From NCBI RefSeq assembly GCF_030145815.1, contig NZ_JAIXHL010000011.1:62562-126561 (forward strand): 64,000 bases of DNA, in the 5' to 3' direction. The translations under genes and the position numbers were made by a program. The notes below the pieces were generated by a model. That model had not been told where the DNA came from and made no database searches. It saw only the letters and a list, made by a program, of their open reading frames with translations. Origin of the DNA: Sphingomonas sp. Lineage in GTDB: Bacteria; Pseudomonadota; Alphaproteobacteria; Sphingomonadales; Sphingomonadaceae. Positions 28,953 through 37,649 of the stretch are shown in pieces; position 1 is the stretch's first letter; each line of letters opens with the position of its first letter.

Positions 28953-29128
28953 GCGAGACCCCGATTATCGAGCGCGCCATCCAACTGGCTAAGGAAGGAG
29001 GGTGCAGGGACATTCCCGACCTGGAGCGAGAGCTCGCCGCCGAAGGCTACGCGTCGATCTCCGCCTACCTAAGCGGCACCTCGCTTCGGAAGCAATTACG
29101 CCAGCTGATGAAGAGTCATGCCATCTAA
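28949..29128 (+). CDS. Hypothetical 59-aa protein (not in ORF track)
   Basis: Hand translation: MSETPIIERAIQLAKEGGCRDIPDLERELAAEGYASISAYLSGTSLRKQLRQLMKSHAI; GTGA overlap with the CDF stop. Confidence 0.7.
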   Translation: MSETPIIERAIQLAKEGGCRDIPDLERELAAEGYASISAYLSGTSLRKQLRQLMKSHAI

Positions 29129-29202
29129 CAATCAGCCGCGCCAGGCGAGTGAGAGTGCCGGTCGGCTGAGGAAGGATCCAATTCCGAACCGGCACTTTTC
29201 AG

Positions 29203-29622
29203 TCATGCAGCTGCTGCTGACTTCTGAATGACCTTCTTGATCACGAGCGTTCGCTCATGGCCCTCGCGATCGGGCCAAAGGATCGACTGACCCTCTCGCA
29301 ATCCAATAAGCCCCGCTCCGACAGGGGTTAGGATCGACACCTTGCCTGCAGAAATGTCAGCGTCCGGCGGGAAGACCAGCTGGACTGTGCGGCGTGCACC
29401 GGTTCCTTCGTCCACGAATTCAACGGACGAACCCATCGTGACGACATCGACGGGGATGGTCGCTGCGCTGTGCAACCGAGCGCGCGAAGTTTCCCGGATC
29501 AACATCTCGCAAACTTGCGGAAGCCGGTCCTCGACGCTGAGTGCAAGGTCGGACAACTTGTCCGCCTCCTCTTCAATCATATGGATTTGCGGCCGCTTGG
29601 ATGCCGCCTTTGTAGCGCTCAT
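29203..29622 (-). CDS. rnk: Nucleoside diphosphate kinase regulator (GreA/GreB family)
   Basis: DVVTMGSSVEF, VQLVFPPDADISAGKVSILTPVGAGLIGLREGQSILWP; ATG 29622 chosen. Confidence 0.9.
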   Translation of the reverse strand: MSATKAASKRPQIHMIEEEADKLSDLALSVEDRLPQVCEMLIRETSRARLHSAATIPVDVVTMGSSVEFVDEGTGARRTVQLVFPPDADISAGKVSILTPVGAGLIGLREGQSILWPDREGHERTLVIKKVIQKSAAAA

Positions 29623-29823
29623 GATAAAATCTCCGGGATTGCCGACGCCAGATTGAGCGCCGAGCCGATGTGTCGTGATGCGAGGGGCCCCGAGCTCTTC
29701 GGGACATGCCTTGGGAGAGCCCGGGGCTACATGCCCGCGAGGAGTTGGCCTGCGTGGAGGCGGCGTCGGAGATGGCGCACGCGGAGCTTCATCGTCCCAA
29801 GATGTGCCTGCGGCCACCGCATG

Positions 29824-30156
29824 TCAAACGCCATCTCGACCACTTGCACCAACTGCTCGCGCGACCCAGCGGCAGAAACGCTGCGACATCAAAACGACGA
29901 GGAGCCAAAAACTTAGCGAGCCCAAAAAGGAGCCGGCGCGGAAGTTATCCTCTACTCCGATCTTGTGGATGACCGATGTATTCGGGTTGTCCGCCAGGAA
30001 CGGTGCAGGCCATCCACCTACCTCGCGCGGTAACCAATTCTGCTCCAAAGGTCCTTCGAATCCATACATAGCGCGCTCGTCTGTGGACGGATTGATCCAG
30101 ATCGTAGCGATCGTGATCAAGAGCGCGACAATGACGGACAGCAGCAGCCTCAGCAT
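29824..30156 (-). CDS. Hypothetical 2-TM membrane protein
   Basis: N- and C-terminal hydrophobic segments around a GGWPAPF loop. Confidence 0.6.
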   Translation of the reverse strand: MLRLLLSVIVALLITIATIWINPSTDERAMYGFEGPLEQNWLPREVGGWPAPFLADNPNTSVIHKIGVEDNFRAGSFLGSLSFWLLVVLMSQRFCRWVARAVGASGRDGV

Positions 30157-30416
30157 GGATGGCTAATTCCTTGTGGTTTCATGACGATGCAGCACGATAC
30201 TTGCTTATATTCCCGGCAGGGCTAACCTTAGCGGCATGACATGCGGGTTCCACCAAGGCACGGATCATCCCCTCAAATTCGGCGGCTGACGCCGGGCGCG
30301 TTCGATCCCGCGTTCGGCTAACGGTCGCGATCTGAACGGACACCGTAGATCGCCAGTGGGCGGAGAGGGCGCTTTTGCCCTGATCGAGCCGCCGGAGGTT
30401 TTTCCGGAGTCATAAA

Positions 30417-30875
30417 ATGTCATCCCGCATCAGTCGGCGGACATCCTTGCTGCAACCGCGGCGTAAGAAGGCGCGCCGTCGGCATAATGAATTCGGCATC
30501 AGCGCCGCCGCCTATCCGGACGGCCGCATCGCTGTTCTCCTCGCACGATATCCCGAGCTATCGCACACCGACTTCCGGGAGGTGCTCGCCTTCGTTCGAA
30601 AAGCTACACCGAAACAGCTTCGGCGGCTTCGGTCCAGTGACGTTGTTCGCAGCAAGCTTGACCAGTTCCTGTGCGACCACCAAATCGTTCCCGCTCGGCG
30701 ACTGATCAATTCCGCCCAAATAGCCGTCGCCATCATCACGATCATTTTGCTGTGCTGGCTTTTCTGGGAACACCGACCACAACCGCTCTCACCTCGCGCC
30801 AGTGCGGCAGTTTTGACCTATGCGGCTTCAGGCCTTGCGATGGCTCCTCATAGCAAAGCTGGAGTTGATCCTTGA
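30417..30875 (+). CDS. Hypothetical C-terminally anchored protein (paralog of 34357-34668)
   Basis: LARYPELSHTDFREVLAFVR...DQFLCDH plus TM; start uncertain; overlaps the lrp 3' end. Confidence 0.6.
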   Translation: MSSRISRRTSLLQPRRKKARRRHNEFGISAAAYPDGRIAVLLARYPELSHTDFREVLAFVRKATPKQLRRLRSSDVVRSKLDQFLCDHQIVPARRLINSAQIAVAIITIILLCWLFWEHRPQPLSPRASAAVLTYAASGLAMAPHSKAGVDP

Positions 30876-31274
30876 AACGCCAGGAAGCCGTGACAGCACG
30901 TCACGATGGAAAAGCGCATAGTCCTCCATGTCGGAAACACGCAGACGAAGCATGTAGTCTCCAGCGCCGCTCAGCAGATACCATTCCCGGATCTCGGCAT
31001 GCTTGCGCATTGCCGCTTCAAAACGAGTCAGATACTCCTCCGTTTGCCTTTCCAGCTCAACCTGCACGACCGCATCGATCCCTTCGTCCGGGTCGCCGCC
31101 CGAGATGATTGCCGTGTATCCGCGGATCACGCCGCTGCGCTCGAGAAGCTTCAATCTTCTGAGGCAAGCTGATTCAGAGAGACCCACCTCTTTGGCCAAC
31201 GCGCTGTTCGTGACGCGCGCATTCAAACGGAGTTGGTTCAATATCCTGCGGTCGAGACTATCGATTGCGATCAA
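30828..31274 (-). CDS. Lrp/AsnC family regulator
   Basis: LDRRILNQLRLNARVTNSALAKEVGLSESACLRRLKLLE; divergent from alr-dadA. Confidence 0.95.
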   Translation of the reverse strand: MIAIDSLDRRILNQLRLNARVTNSALAKEVGLSESACLRRLKLLERSGVIRGYTAIISGGDPDEGIDAVVQVELERQTEEYLTRFEAAMRKHAEIREWYLLSGAGDYMLRLRVSDMEDYALFHRDVLSRLPGVSRINSSFAMRSHRKA

Positions 31275-31394
31275 CGCGTGTTTCCCCAGATTGTCGCAGA
31301 TTATGCGGCTGTGCGTTCAAAATAGCAGGCTTCTACGCAGAATCGATCACAAAACTACATCTGCTTCGTCCAGACTGGCTGCGGGGAGGAAGTA

Positions 31395-32537
31395 ATGAAC
31401 ATGACTGGTTGCCCAACGTTCTCAAGCCAGCTCGTCATCGATCTGAGCGCCTTGCGTGCGAATTATCGCGTGCTGCGCGACGATGTGTCGCCGGCGGAGT
31501 GCGCGGCCGTCGTCAAAGCCGATGCTTACGGTCTTGGCGCTCGACCAGTCGTGTCTGCACTGTATCTCGAAGGGTGCCGCACGTTCTTTGTCGCCCAGTT
31601 ATGCGAAGCGCTGGATTTGCACCCAACGTTGCCGGTGAATTGCACCATATTCATCCTGAACGGTCTTGATCCTGGAGGTGAGGCTGCCTGTGCAAACGCC
31701 GGGTTTGTGCCCGTGCTCAATTCGCGCGTGCAGATTGAACGGTGGCGATCCGAGGCACGGCGGCGCGGCGTCGCGTTGCCCTCGGCGATTCAAATCGAAA
31801 CCGGGATGTCGCGCCTGGGCATATCGGAGCCCGTGGTTGAGCAACTAGCTGAGGATCCCTCATTGCCCGAGGAGCTCGCTCTGAGACTGGTGCTAACACA
31901 CCTGGCGTGTGCCGACGAACCTCGCCTCCCGGTCAACGAGGATCAACTGCGCCGCTTTAGCAAAGTCGCCGACAGATTCCCCGGTGTCCCGCGTTCCATC
32001 GCAAACAGCTGCGGAACATTCCTATCCGGGGCTTACCATCTCGAGCTGGTCCGTCCGGGCATCGCGCTCTACGGCGTTCCGCCGCAGTCCGAGTGCCTGG
32101 GCATCATGCCGGTCGTGAGCCTTCGCAGCCGGATCCTCCAAATTCGGCAACTTCCTGGCGGCAGCGCGGTCGGCTACGGCCACACTTACGCAACGCCAGG
32201 TCCTCGGCGGGTCGCGACCATTGGTGTCGGTTACGCCGATGGATGGCCCCGCCGCCTTGGGAACGTCGGCGCCGCCTGGTTCCGTGACACCCGGTTACCC
32301 ATCATTGGAAGGATATCGATGGACAGCATGGCCATCGACATCTCGGCTGTCGAATTCGGCGAGCTTCATGAAGGGGACTTCGTTGACCTCATTGGTCCAA
32401 TGCAGTCCCTTGAGGATGTAGCGGGCGACGCAGAAACGATCCCCTACGAGATCCTGACGCAACTGGGGCCTCGCCACGCGCGCGTCTACCTCGATGGTAA
32501 TACCAGCGCCATGCCGACACCGGGAGACGGACGTTGA
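31395..32537 (+). CDS. alr: Alanine racemase
   Basis: AVVKADAYG (PLP Lys), ETGMSRLG, VRPGIALYG, GYADG, GRISMD, TIPYEILT. Confidence 0.96.
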   Translation: MNMTGCPTFSSQLVIDLSALRANYRVLRDDVSPAECAAVVKADAYGLGARPVVSALYLEGCRTFFVAQLCEALDLHPTLPVNCTIFILNGLDPGGEAACANAGFVPVLNSRVQIERWRSEARRRGVALPSAIQIETGMSRLGISEPVVEQLAEDPSLPEELALRLVLTHLACADEPRLPVNEDQLRRFSKVADRFPGVPRSIANSCGTFLSGAYHLELVRPGIALYGVPPQSECLGIMPVVSLRSRILQIRQLPGGSAVGYGHTYATPGPRRVATIGVGYADGWPRRLGNVGAAWFRDTRLPIIGRISMDSMAIDISAVEFGELHEGDFVDLIGPMQSLEDVAGDAETIPYEILTQLGPRHARVYLDGNTSAMPTPGDGR

Positions 32538-33790
32538 AAGCTGTCATATTGGGAGCTGGCGTGATTGGCGTTACTGCGGCGCACTATCTGCGTCGAGCAG
32601 GGCATGAGGTGACCGTGATCGACCGCCAGCCTGGCGCGGCACTCGAGACGAGCTTTGCCAATGCCGGCGAAGTCTCGCCGGGCTATGCGTCTCCATGGGC
32701 AGCCCCGGGCATCCCAATGAAAGCGATCCGCTGGCTGATGATGCGGCACGCTCCGCTTATTGTCCGGCCCGCAGCCGATCTGGCCATGGTCACTTGGCTG
32801 GCTGCGATGCTCCGCAACTGCACGGAGGCCAGATATGCGCTGAACAAGAGCCGCATGGTTCGCCTAGCCGAGTTCAGCCGTGACGAGCTCGTTCACATTC
32901 GTGCTTCTCTGGGCATCGCGTATGACGAGCGATCGCGCGGGACGTTGCAACTTTTCCGGACAGCCAAGCAGTTGGACGCAAGTGGCAAAGACGTGGAAGT
33001 GCTCAGGTCATACGGTGTGCCGTTCGAGCTGCTGGACAGGCAAGGGTGCGTCGCTGCCGAACCAGGTCTAGCCGCTGCGCGAGATCGTATCGCGGGCGGG
33101 CTGCGCCTTCCCAACGACGAGACGGGCGACTGCCACCTCTTTACCACGCGTCTTGCGGAGCGGCTTGCGAATGCAGGCGTCGAATTCAGTTACTCGACGG
33201 AGATCCTTGGCCTTGAAGAAGAGCACGGCTCAATCAGCGGTGTGCGCACGAGAAAAGGTGTAATCCGCGGCGATACATACCTTCTTGCTCTCGGCAGCCA
33301 TTCGCCGTTGCTCGCACGCCAAGTTGGTGTCCGGCTCCCCATCTACCCGGTCAAAGGCTATTCCATTACCCTGCCCGTGGCCGACCCAGACTCCGCGCCC
33401 GTGTCGACGTTGCTGGACGAGACATACAAGATCGCCATCACCCGATTGGGCAAGCGGATCCGCGTCGGCGGTATGGCGGAAATCTCAGGCTTTGATCGCT
33501 CACTCCCGTCGCGGCGCGAGACAACGCTGCTGCATTGTGTGCGTGATCTGTTTCCTTCAGCCGCTCAGGATGGTCCAACGAACTTCTGGAGCGGCTTGCG
33601 CCCCATGACGCCTGATGGGCCACCCATTATCGGCCGCACGCGGCTGCCCAATCTGTTTCTGAACACAGGCCATGGCACCCTCGGATGGACAATGGCATGC
33701 GGCTCCGCCGCGGTCGCTGCCGCCGTGATGACTGGAGAGCGACCAGCGATCGACATCGCCGGGCTCGGCCTCGACCGTTACTCAAACTGA
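32534..33790 (+). CDS. dadA: D-amino acid dehydrogenase
   Basis: ILGAGVIG, ETSFANAG, LPNDETGDC, GLRPMTPDG, NTGHGTLGWTMACGS. Confidence 0.96.
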   Translation: MKAVILGAGVIGVTAAHYLRRAGHEVTVIDRQPGAALETSFANAGEVSPGYASPWAAPGIPMKAIRWLMMRHAPLIVRPAADLAMVTWLAAMLRNCTEARYALNKSRMVRLAEFSRDELVHIRASLGIAYDERSRGTLQLFRTAKQLDASGKDVEVLRSYGVPFELLDRQGCVAAEPGLAAARDRIAGGLRLPNDETGDCHLFTTRLAERLANAGVEFSYSTEILGLEEEHGSISGVRTRKGVIRGDTYLLALGSHSPLLARQVGVRLPIYPVKGYSITLPVADPDSAPVSTLLDETYKIAITRLGKRIRVGGMAEISGFDRSLPSRRETTLLHCVRDLFPSAAQDGPTNFWSGLRPMTPDGPPIIGRTRLPNLFLNTGHGTLGWTMACGSAAVAAAVMTGERPAIDIAGLGLDRYSN

Positions 33791-33810
33791 CTGCACGAAA
33801 GGAACACCAG

Positions 33811-34158
33811 ATGTCGATCAAACGCTTTGAGAGCGGAGCAAGGATGAGCCAGGCGGTTATCCATGGCGGGATCGTCTATCTCGCAGGCCAGATCGGAGAA
33901 CCCGGTGAAGATGCCGCTACGCAGACCCGCGCCGTTCTCGCCTCGATCGACCGTCTTCTGAGCGAGGCCGGCACTGATCGTAGCCGGCTGCTGCAAGCGA
34001 CCATCTGGCTCGCCGACATGGCAGACTTCGCTGCGATGAACGAAGTGTGGGAAGAGTGGCTCGGAGGCGAGAACGCACCCGCGCGTGCCACTGGCGAGGT
34101 CAAGCTCGCAACTCCCGACTATAAGGTCGAGATCATCGTCACCGCTGCTCTGCCCTGA
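33811..34158 (+). CDS. RidA/YjgF family protein
   Basis: RMSQAVIH.GIVYLAGQ, ATIWLADMADFAAMNEVW, PARAT, VEIIVTAA; AAAGGA RBS. Confidence 0.93.
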   Translation: MSIKRFESGARMSQAVIHGGIVYLAGQIGEPGEDAATQTRAVLASIDRLLSEAGTDRSRLLQATIWLADMADFAAMNEVWEEWLGGENAPARATGEVKLATPDYKVEIIVTAALP

Positions 34159-34254
34159 CCAGCACCGCCGCAGTTTATTGAACTGACGGCCGTCGCAAGC
34201 CAGGGTGGCAGCGTATTCATGCTTTTGGATCATCCTCTGAAATTCGGCCGGTAA

Positions 34255-34283
34255 GCCGGACGCGCACCGGCCGCGCGTCCGGC
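34255..34283. repeat. 11-bp GC-rich stem-loop downstream of the dad operon
   Basis: GCCGGACGCGC-ACCGGCC-GCGCGTCCGGC; no U-tract, so not called a terminator. Confidence 0.6.
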
Positions 34284-34356
34284 AAGTCGCGCCATCTCAT
34301 TTGGCTGAAACGCGCACGCGGGGCCGGCCCGCTGGATCTGATCCGGAACCAACGAT

Positions 34357-34668
34357 ATGACCGAACCCGTTCTCGCCCACCAGCGGCCGTTCAACCCTGC
34401 GACTGCTCAATTCATGAATAAATTACGGCTCTATCCCAACCTGACGGCCGTCGACGTCGATGAAATGATTGCCCTATACCGGGGTCTCAGCCTTGTTGAG
34501 ATCAACCTGATTGCTGCCGACGTAAACAGGCCCAAGCAGTTCGATACGTTCGTCGATGATCATTACGACCGGTTGCACGGCAAATGGAGCGACCATGTTC
34601 CGGGTGTTCTCGGCGTGATCGGTCCACTGGTGGTGATCGCAGCGCTATTATGGGCGACGGTTCGCTGA
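34357..34668 (+). CDS. Hypothetical C-terminally anchored protein (paralog of 30417-30875)
   Basis: LRLYPNLTAVDVDEMIALYR...DTFVDDH plus TM. Confidence 0.7.
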   Translation: MTEPVLAHQRPFNPATAQFMNKLRLYPNLTAVDVDEMIALYRGLSLVEINLIAADVNRPKQFDTFVDDHYDRLHGKWSDHVPGVLGVIGPLVVIAALLWATVR

Positions 34669-34773
34669 AGGTTTTCGCCGACGGGCTTGCTAGTGCGGGA
34701 ACGGAGGTGTCGAACTCGATGGAAGTGTAACTTGATCGCCCACCGACGAAGGTCGAGGGTAGGGGGCACGGAG

Positions 34774-35151
34774 ATGTCAGGCATGATCACAGAAGAAGAT
34801 ATCTCCCGCCTCATTCCAGCGTTCTACGAGCGGGTCCGCGCCGACCCGCAGCTCGGTCCAATCTTCAATGCCGCCGTTGACGACTGGCCACACCACCTAG
34901 AACGCCTTAAGGCGTTCTGGTCCTCGGTGATCCTCTCGACCGGGCGCTACAAGGGACAACCGATGGTTGTTCATTTGCGGCATGAGCAGGCAATGACGGC
35001 TCAAAATTTCACGCGCTGGCTCAACATGTGGCGTGAAACCACATCAGACATTCTTTCAGCCGACGCCGCAGCCATATTTCAGGAAAAGGCAAACGTAATT
35101 GCCGAGAGCCTTCAACTAGGGGTGCAATTCCATCGGGCTCGTATTGCCTAG
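34774..35151 (+). CDS. Group III truncated haemoglobin (trHbP)
   Basis: FYERVRADPQLGPIF, DWPHHLERLKAFWSSV, Y.GQPM..H, F.RWL..W.ET. Confidence 0.93.
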   Translation: MSGMITEEDISRLIPAFYERVRADPQLGPIFNAAVDDWPHHLERLKAFWSSVILSTGRYKGQPMVVHLRHEQAMTAQNFTRWLNMWRETTSDILSADAAAIFQEKANVIAESLQLGVQFHRARIA

Positions 35152-36051
35152 CGCCTTGCCCGTCAAATGGCTCAACTTGTCGGGGTTGCGAACGATGTAG
35201 ATCCTTGCGATCTTGCCGTCGCATATATCCAGGGCCGTAGTCTGCACGATGCCACGATCGACGCTGATGTAACCGGGCAGACCATCGATTTGCGCTGTGC
35301 GCAGCAATTGAGCGGTCGGCGCGTTCTTGCGCCGCAGGCCAGCGAACAAACGCAGCGCGCGATCAGCTCCACGAATGACGTTGCGGAAGGCCAATACCTT
35401 GCCGCCGCCGTCCGAGTGTATCTCGACATCTTGTGCAAGCAGCGATGCAAGCGAAGCAGTATCGCCATCGCGCGCGGCAACGAAGAACGCCTGCGTGATC
35501 CGGTCCGCCTCTGCTGCCTCGACGCTGAAACGCCGCCGGGCGGCTTGGACATGCTTTCGCGCGCGCGAAGCCAGTTGGCGCACCGCCGCTGGTTCGCGGT
35601 TGAGCGTGACAGCGACGTCGCTCAACGCGACGTCGAATACGTCGTGGAGCAGGAAGGCCGCACGTTCTAGCGGGGACAGGCGTTCCATGGCGAGCATGAG
35701 CGTGACCGTGATATCGTCCGCGATGGTCTCCTCCGGGTCTATCGAACCCACCAGCGGGTCAGGCAGCCACGGTCCGATATACGTCTCGCGGCGCGAGCGA
35801 GCGGACTTGAGGCGGTCGAGGCATAGACGCGTGACTATGCGGGTCAGGTAAGCGGCCGGGGAGTCGATCCCACCATCCGTCTGCTCCCATCTTAGCCACG
35901 CATCCTGCACGACATCCTCGGCTTCGCTGAACGAACCGAGCATCCGATACGCTAAGCGAACAAGACGCTTCCGTTCGCTCTGGAAGTCCGCAAGACGCGA
36001 CCCCGGTCGGACCGTTGCTCCTGGCGTCTCCACGCTGCCCACTCTCGCCAT
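35116..36051 (-). CDS. ECF sigma factor, SigJ/ECF41 type with C-terminal SnoaL-like domain
   Basis: LAYRMLGSFSEAEDVVQDAW, RETYIGPWLPDP, LERLSPLERAAFLLHDVF, SDGGGKV, RNPDKL. Confidence 0.93.
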   Translation of the reverse strand: MARVGSVETPGATVRPGSRLADFQSERKRLVRLAYRMLGSFSEAEDVVQDAWLRWEQTDGGIDSPAAYLTRIVTRLCLDRLKSARSRRETYIGPWLPDPLVGSIDPEETIADDITVTLMLAMERLSPLERAAFLLHDVFDVALSDVAVTLNREPAAVRQLASRARKHVQAARRRFSVEAAEADRITQAFFVAARDGDTASLASLLAQDVEIHSDGGGKVLAFRNVIRGADRALRLFAGLRRKNAPTAQLLRTAQIDGLPGYISVDRGIVQTTALDICDGKIARIYIVRNPDKLSHLTGKALGNTSPMELHP

Positions 36052-36215
36052 CTCGCGTTGCTCCTCTGGTTGCGTCCTGATCTGACGAGCCAGCCGGGCA
36101 CTGTGTGACATGACCGGCGGCGATGCGAAAATTATGGACGGCGTGTCACATCGCGGAAGCCCGCCTCGTCAGTGCAGCGAGCGTCGATTGGACGCTGCTA
36201 CAAAAGGACGATGAC

Positions 36216-36671
36216 ATGGATGAGATCAAGCGGCTGGTCTGGCACGAAGTGGCCCCGAAAGGCGCGCAGGCGCTGTTCGGCGTGCACCACTATATCACGA
36301 CCGGCACCAATCTGGCCGAGGAGATGATCCATCTCGTGTTCCTGCGCATATCGCAGATCAACGGCTGCGCGCATTGCATCGATCTGCACACGCGAGACCT
36401 CCTCAAGACGATGCCTCTCGACAAGGTGGTGCTGCTGCCAGTCTGGGCTGAGGTGCCCCACCTGTTCGATCCGCGATATCGGGCAGCGTTGGCCTGGGCC
36501 GAGGAAGTCACGCGTGTCAGCGAGACCCATGCCTCGGACGAGGCCTATGCCGCCGCAGCCGCGGCATTTGAGCCGCGCGACCTGGTCGATCTGACCATCG
36601 CTATCGCCGCGATGAATGCCTTCAATCGCCTTGGTGCGCCGTTCCGGCTGCCGGTCAAAGCCAAACCCTGA
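36216..36671 (+). CDS. Carboxymuconolactone decarboxylase/AhpD family protein
   Basis: LRISQINGCAHCIDLH, ALAWAEEVT, MNAFNRL. Confidence 0.92.
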   Translation: MDEIKRLVWHEVAPKGAQALFGVHHYITTGTNLAEEMIHLVFLRISQINGCAHCIDLHTRDLLKTMPLDKVVLLPVWAEVPHLFDPRYRAALAWAEEVTRVSETHASDEAYAAAAAAFEPRDLVDLTIAIAAMNAFNRLGAPFRLPVKAKP

Positions 36672-36685
36672 CCCGCTCAAACAGA

Positions 36686-37180
36686 ATGGATATCAACATC
36701 ATGACCGAACGACTCGACCACATGCGCCAAGTTCCGGCACTAACGCAGAAGCTGACCGAGCTCACCTTCGCGCTCAAGAAGGGGACAGTAGAGCAGACGA
36801 TCCTGAGCTTCGTCGAGATTCGCGCGTCGCAACTCAATGGCTGTGCCTTCTGCCTCGACATGCACATCAAGCAGGCCAAACTGCACGGCGAGCGCGAGCT
36901 TCGCCTCCACCACGTCGCGATCTGGCGTGAATCAACGCTGTTCAGCGATCGCGAGCGCGCGGCGCTGGCCTGGACCGAGGCGCTCACTCGGCTCTCCCCG
37001 GAGGGCGTGGGCGACGACGTCTACGCGGCAGCGCGCGCGCAGTTCTCGGAGGACGAACTGGTCCACCTCACCTACATGGTGATGGTGATCAATGCCTGGA
37101 ACCGCGCCTCGATCGCGTTCCGGTCGGTGCCCGGATCGCAGGACAAGGCGTTCGGGTTGGACAAGGCGGGCCTGTCCTGA
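36686..37180 (+). CDS. Carboxymuconolactone decarboxylase/AhpD family protein (second copy)
   Basis: IRASQLNGCAFCLDMH, WRESTLFSDRERAALAWTEALT, INAWNR. Confidence 0.92.
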   Translation: MDINIMTERLDHMRQVPALTQKLTELTFALKKGTVEQTILSFVEIRASQLNGCAFCLDMHIKQAKLHGERELRLHHVAIWRESTLFSDRERAALAWTEALTRLSPEGVGDDVYAAARAQFSEDELVHLTYMVMVINAWNRASIAFRSVPGSQDKAFGLDKAGLS

Positions 37181-37233
37181 TCGATCATTGCAGCCGTCTT
37201 TGCGGTCCGAACGCCGTGTAGTAGCTGGCGCCG

Positions 37234-37620
37234 ATGCATACCGGAGCCGAACTTGAAATCCGCCTCCAGCGCGCCGCTTTCAATCGGGCGCTGGCAGCCG
37301 GCGATCTTCCTGCGATCGGACCGATCCTTGCGCCGGCCGCGATACTGGTCACCGGCACCGACAGCGCGCTCATCTCCGGGCGCAAGGCTCAACTTATTGC
37401 TTGGAAGCGGGAGTTCGCAGCAACGGATCGCTCGATCTATGTCCGCACGCCGCAAACGATCACGGTCTCCCCGGTCGAACCAATCGCGTTCGAGCAGGGA
37501 GATTGGGTCGGAACGACGTCCAGCGGCATCCGTCAATCCGGTGGCATCTATTCAGCGAAATGGCGCCAAATTGGCGCCGCCTGGTGCATTGAGGCCGAAC
37601 TCTACGTTACGCTTTCCTGA
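37234..37620 (+). CDS. DUF4440/NTF2-like protein
   Basis: FNRALAAGD, VTGTDSALISGRKAQL, G.YSAKWRQ.G..W.IEAELY. Confidence 0.8.
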   Translation: MHTGAELEIRLQRAAFNRALAAGDLPAIGPILAPAAILVTGTDSALISGRKAQLIAWKREFAATDRSIYVRTPQTITVSPVEPIAFEQGDWVGTTSSGIRQSGGIYSAKWRQIGAAWCIEAELYVTLS

Positions 37621-37649
37621 CATTGAACTGGCAATGCCGGCTCCGAGCC

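Noticed and set aside
30293-30320. GTTCGATCCC tRNA T-loop-like motif (possible att site)
   Set aside because: The flanking bases do not form the 5-bp T-stem, and no cloverleaf or second copy was seen.
31275-31394. Lrp operator sites between lrp and alr
   Set aside because: GCAGA-containing words are present, but no clear spaced palindrome could be defined.
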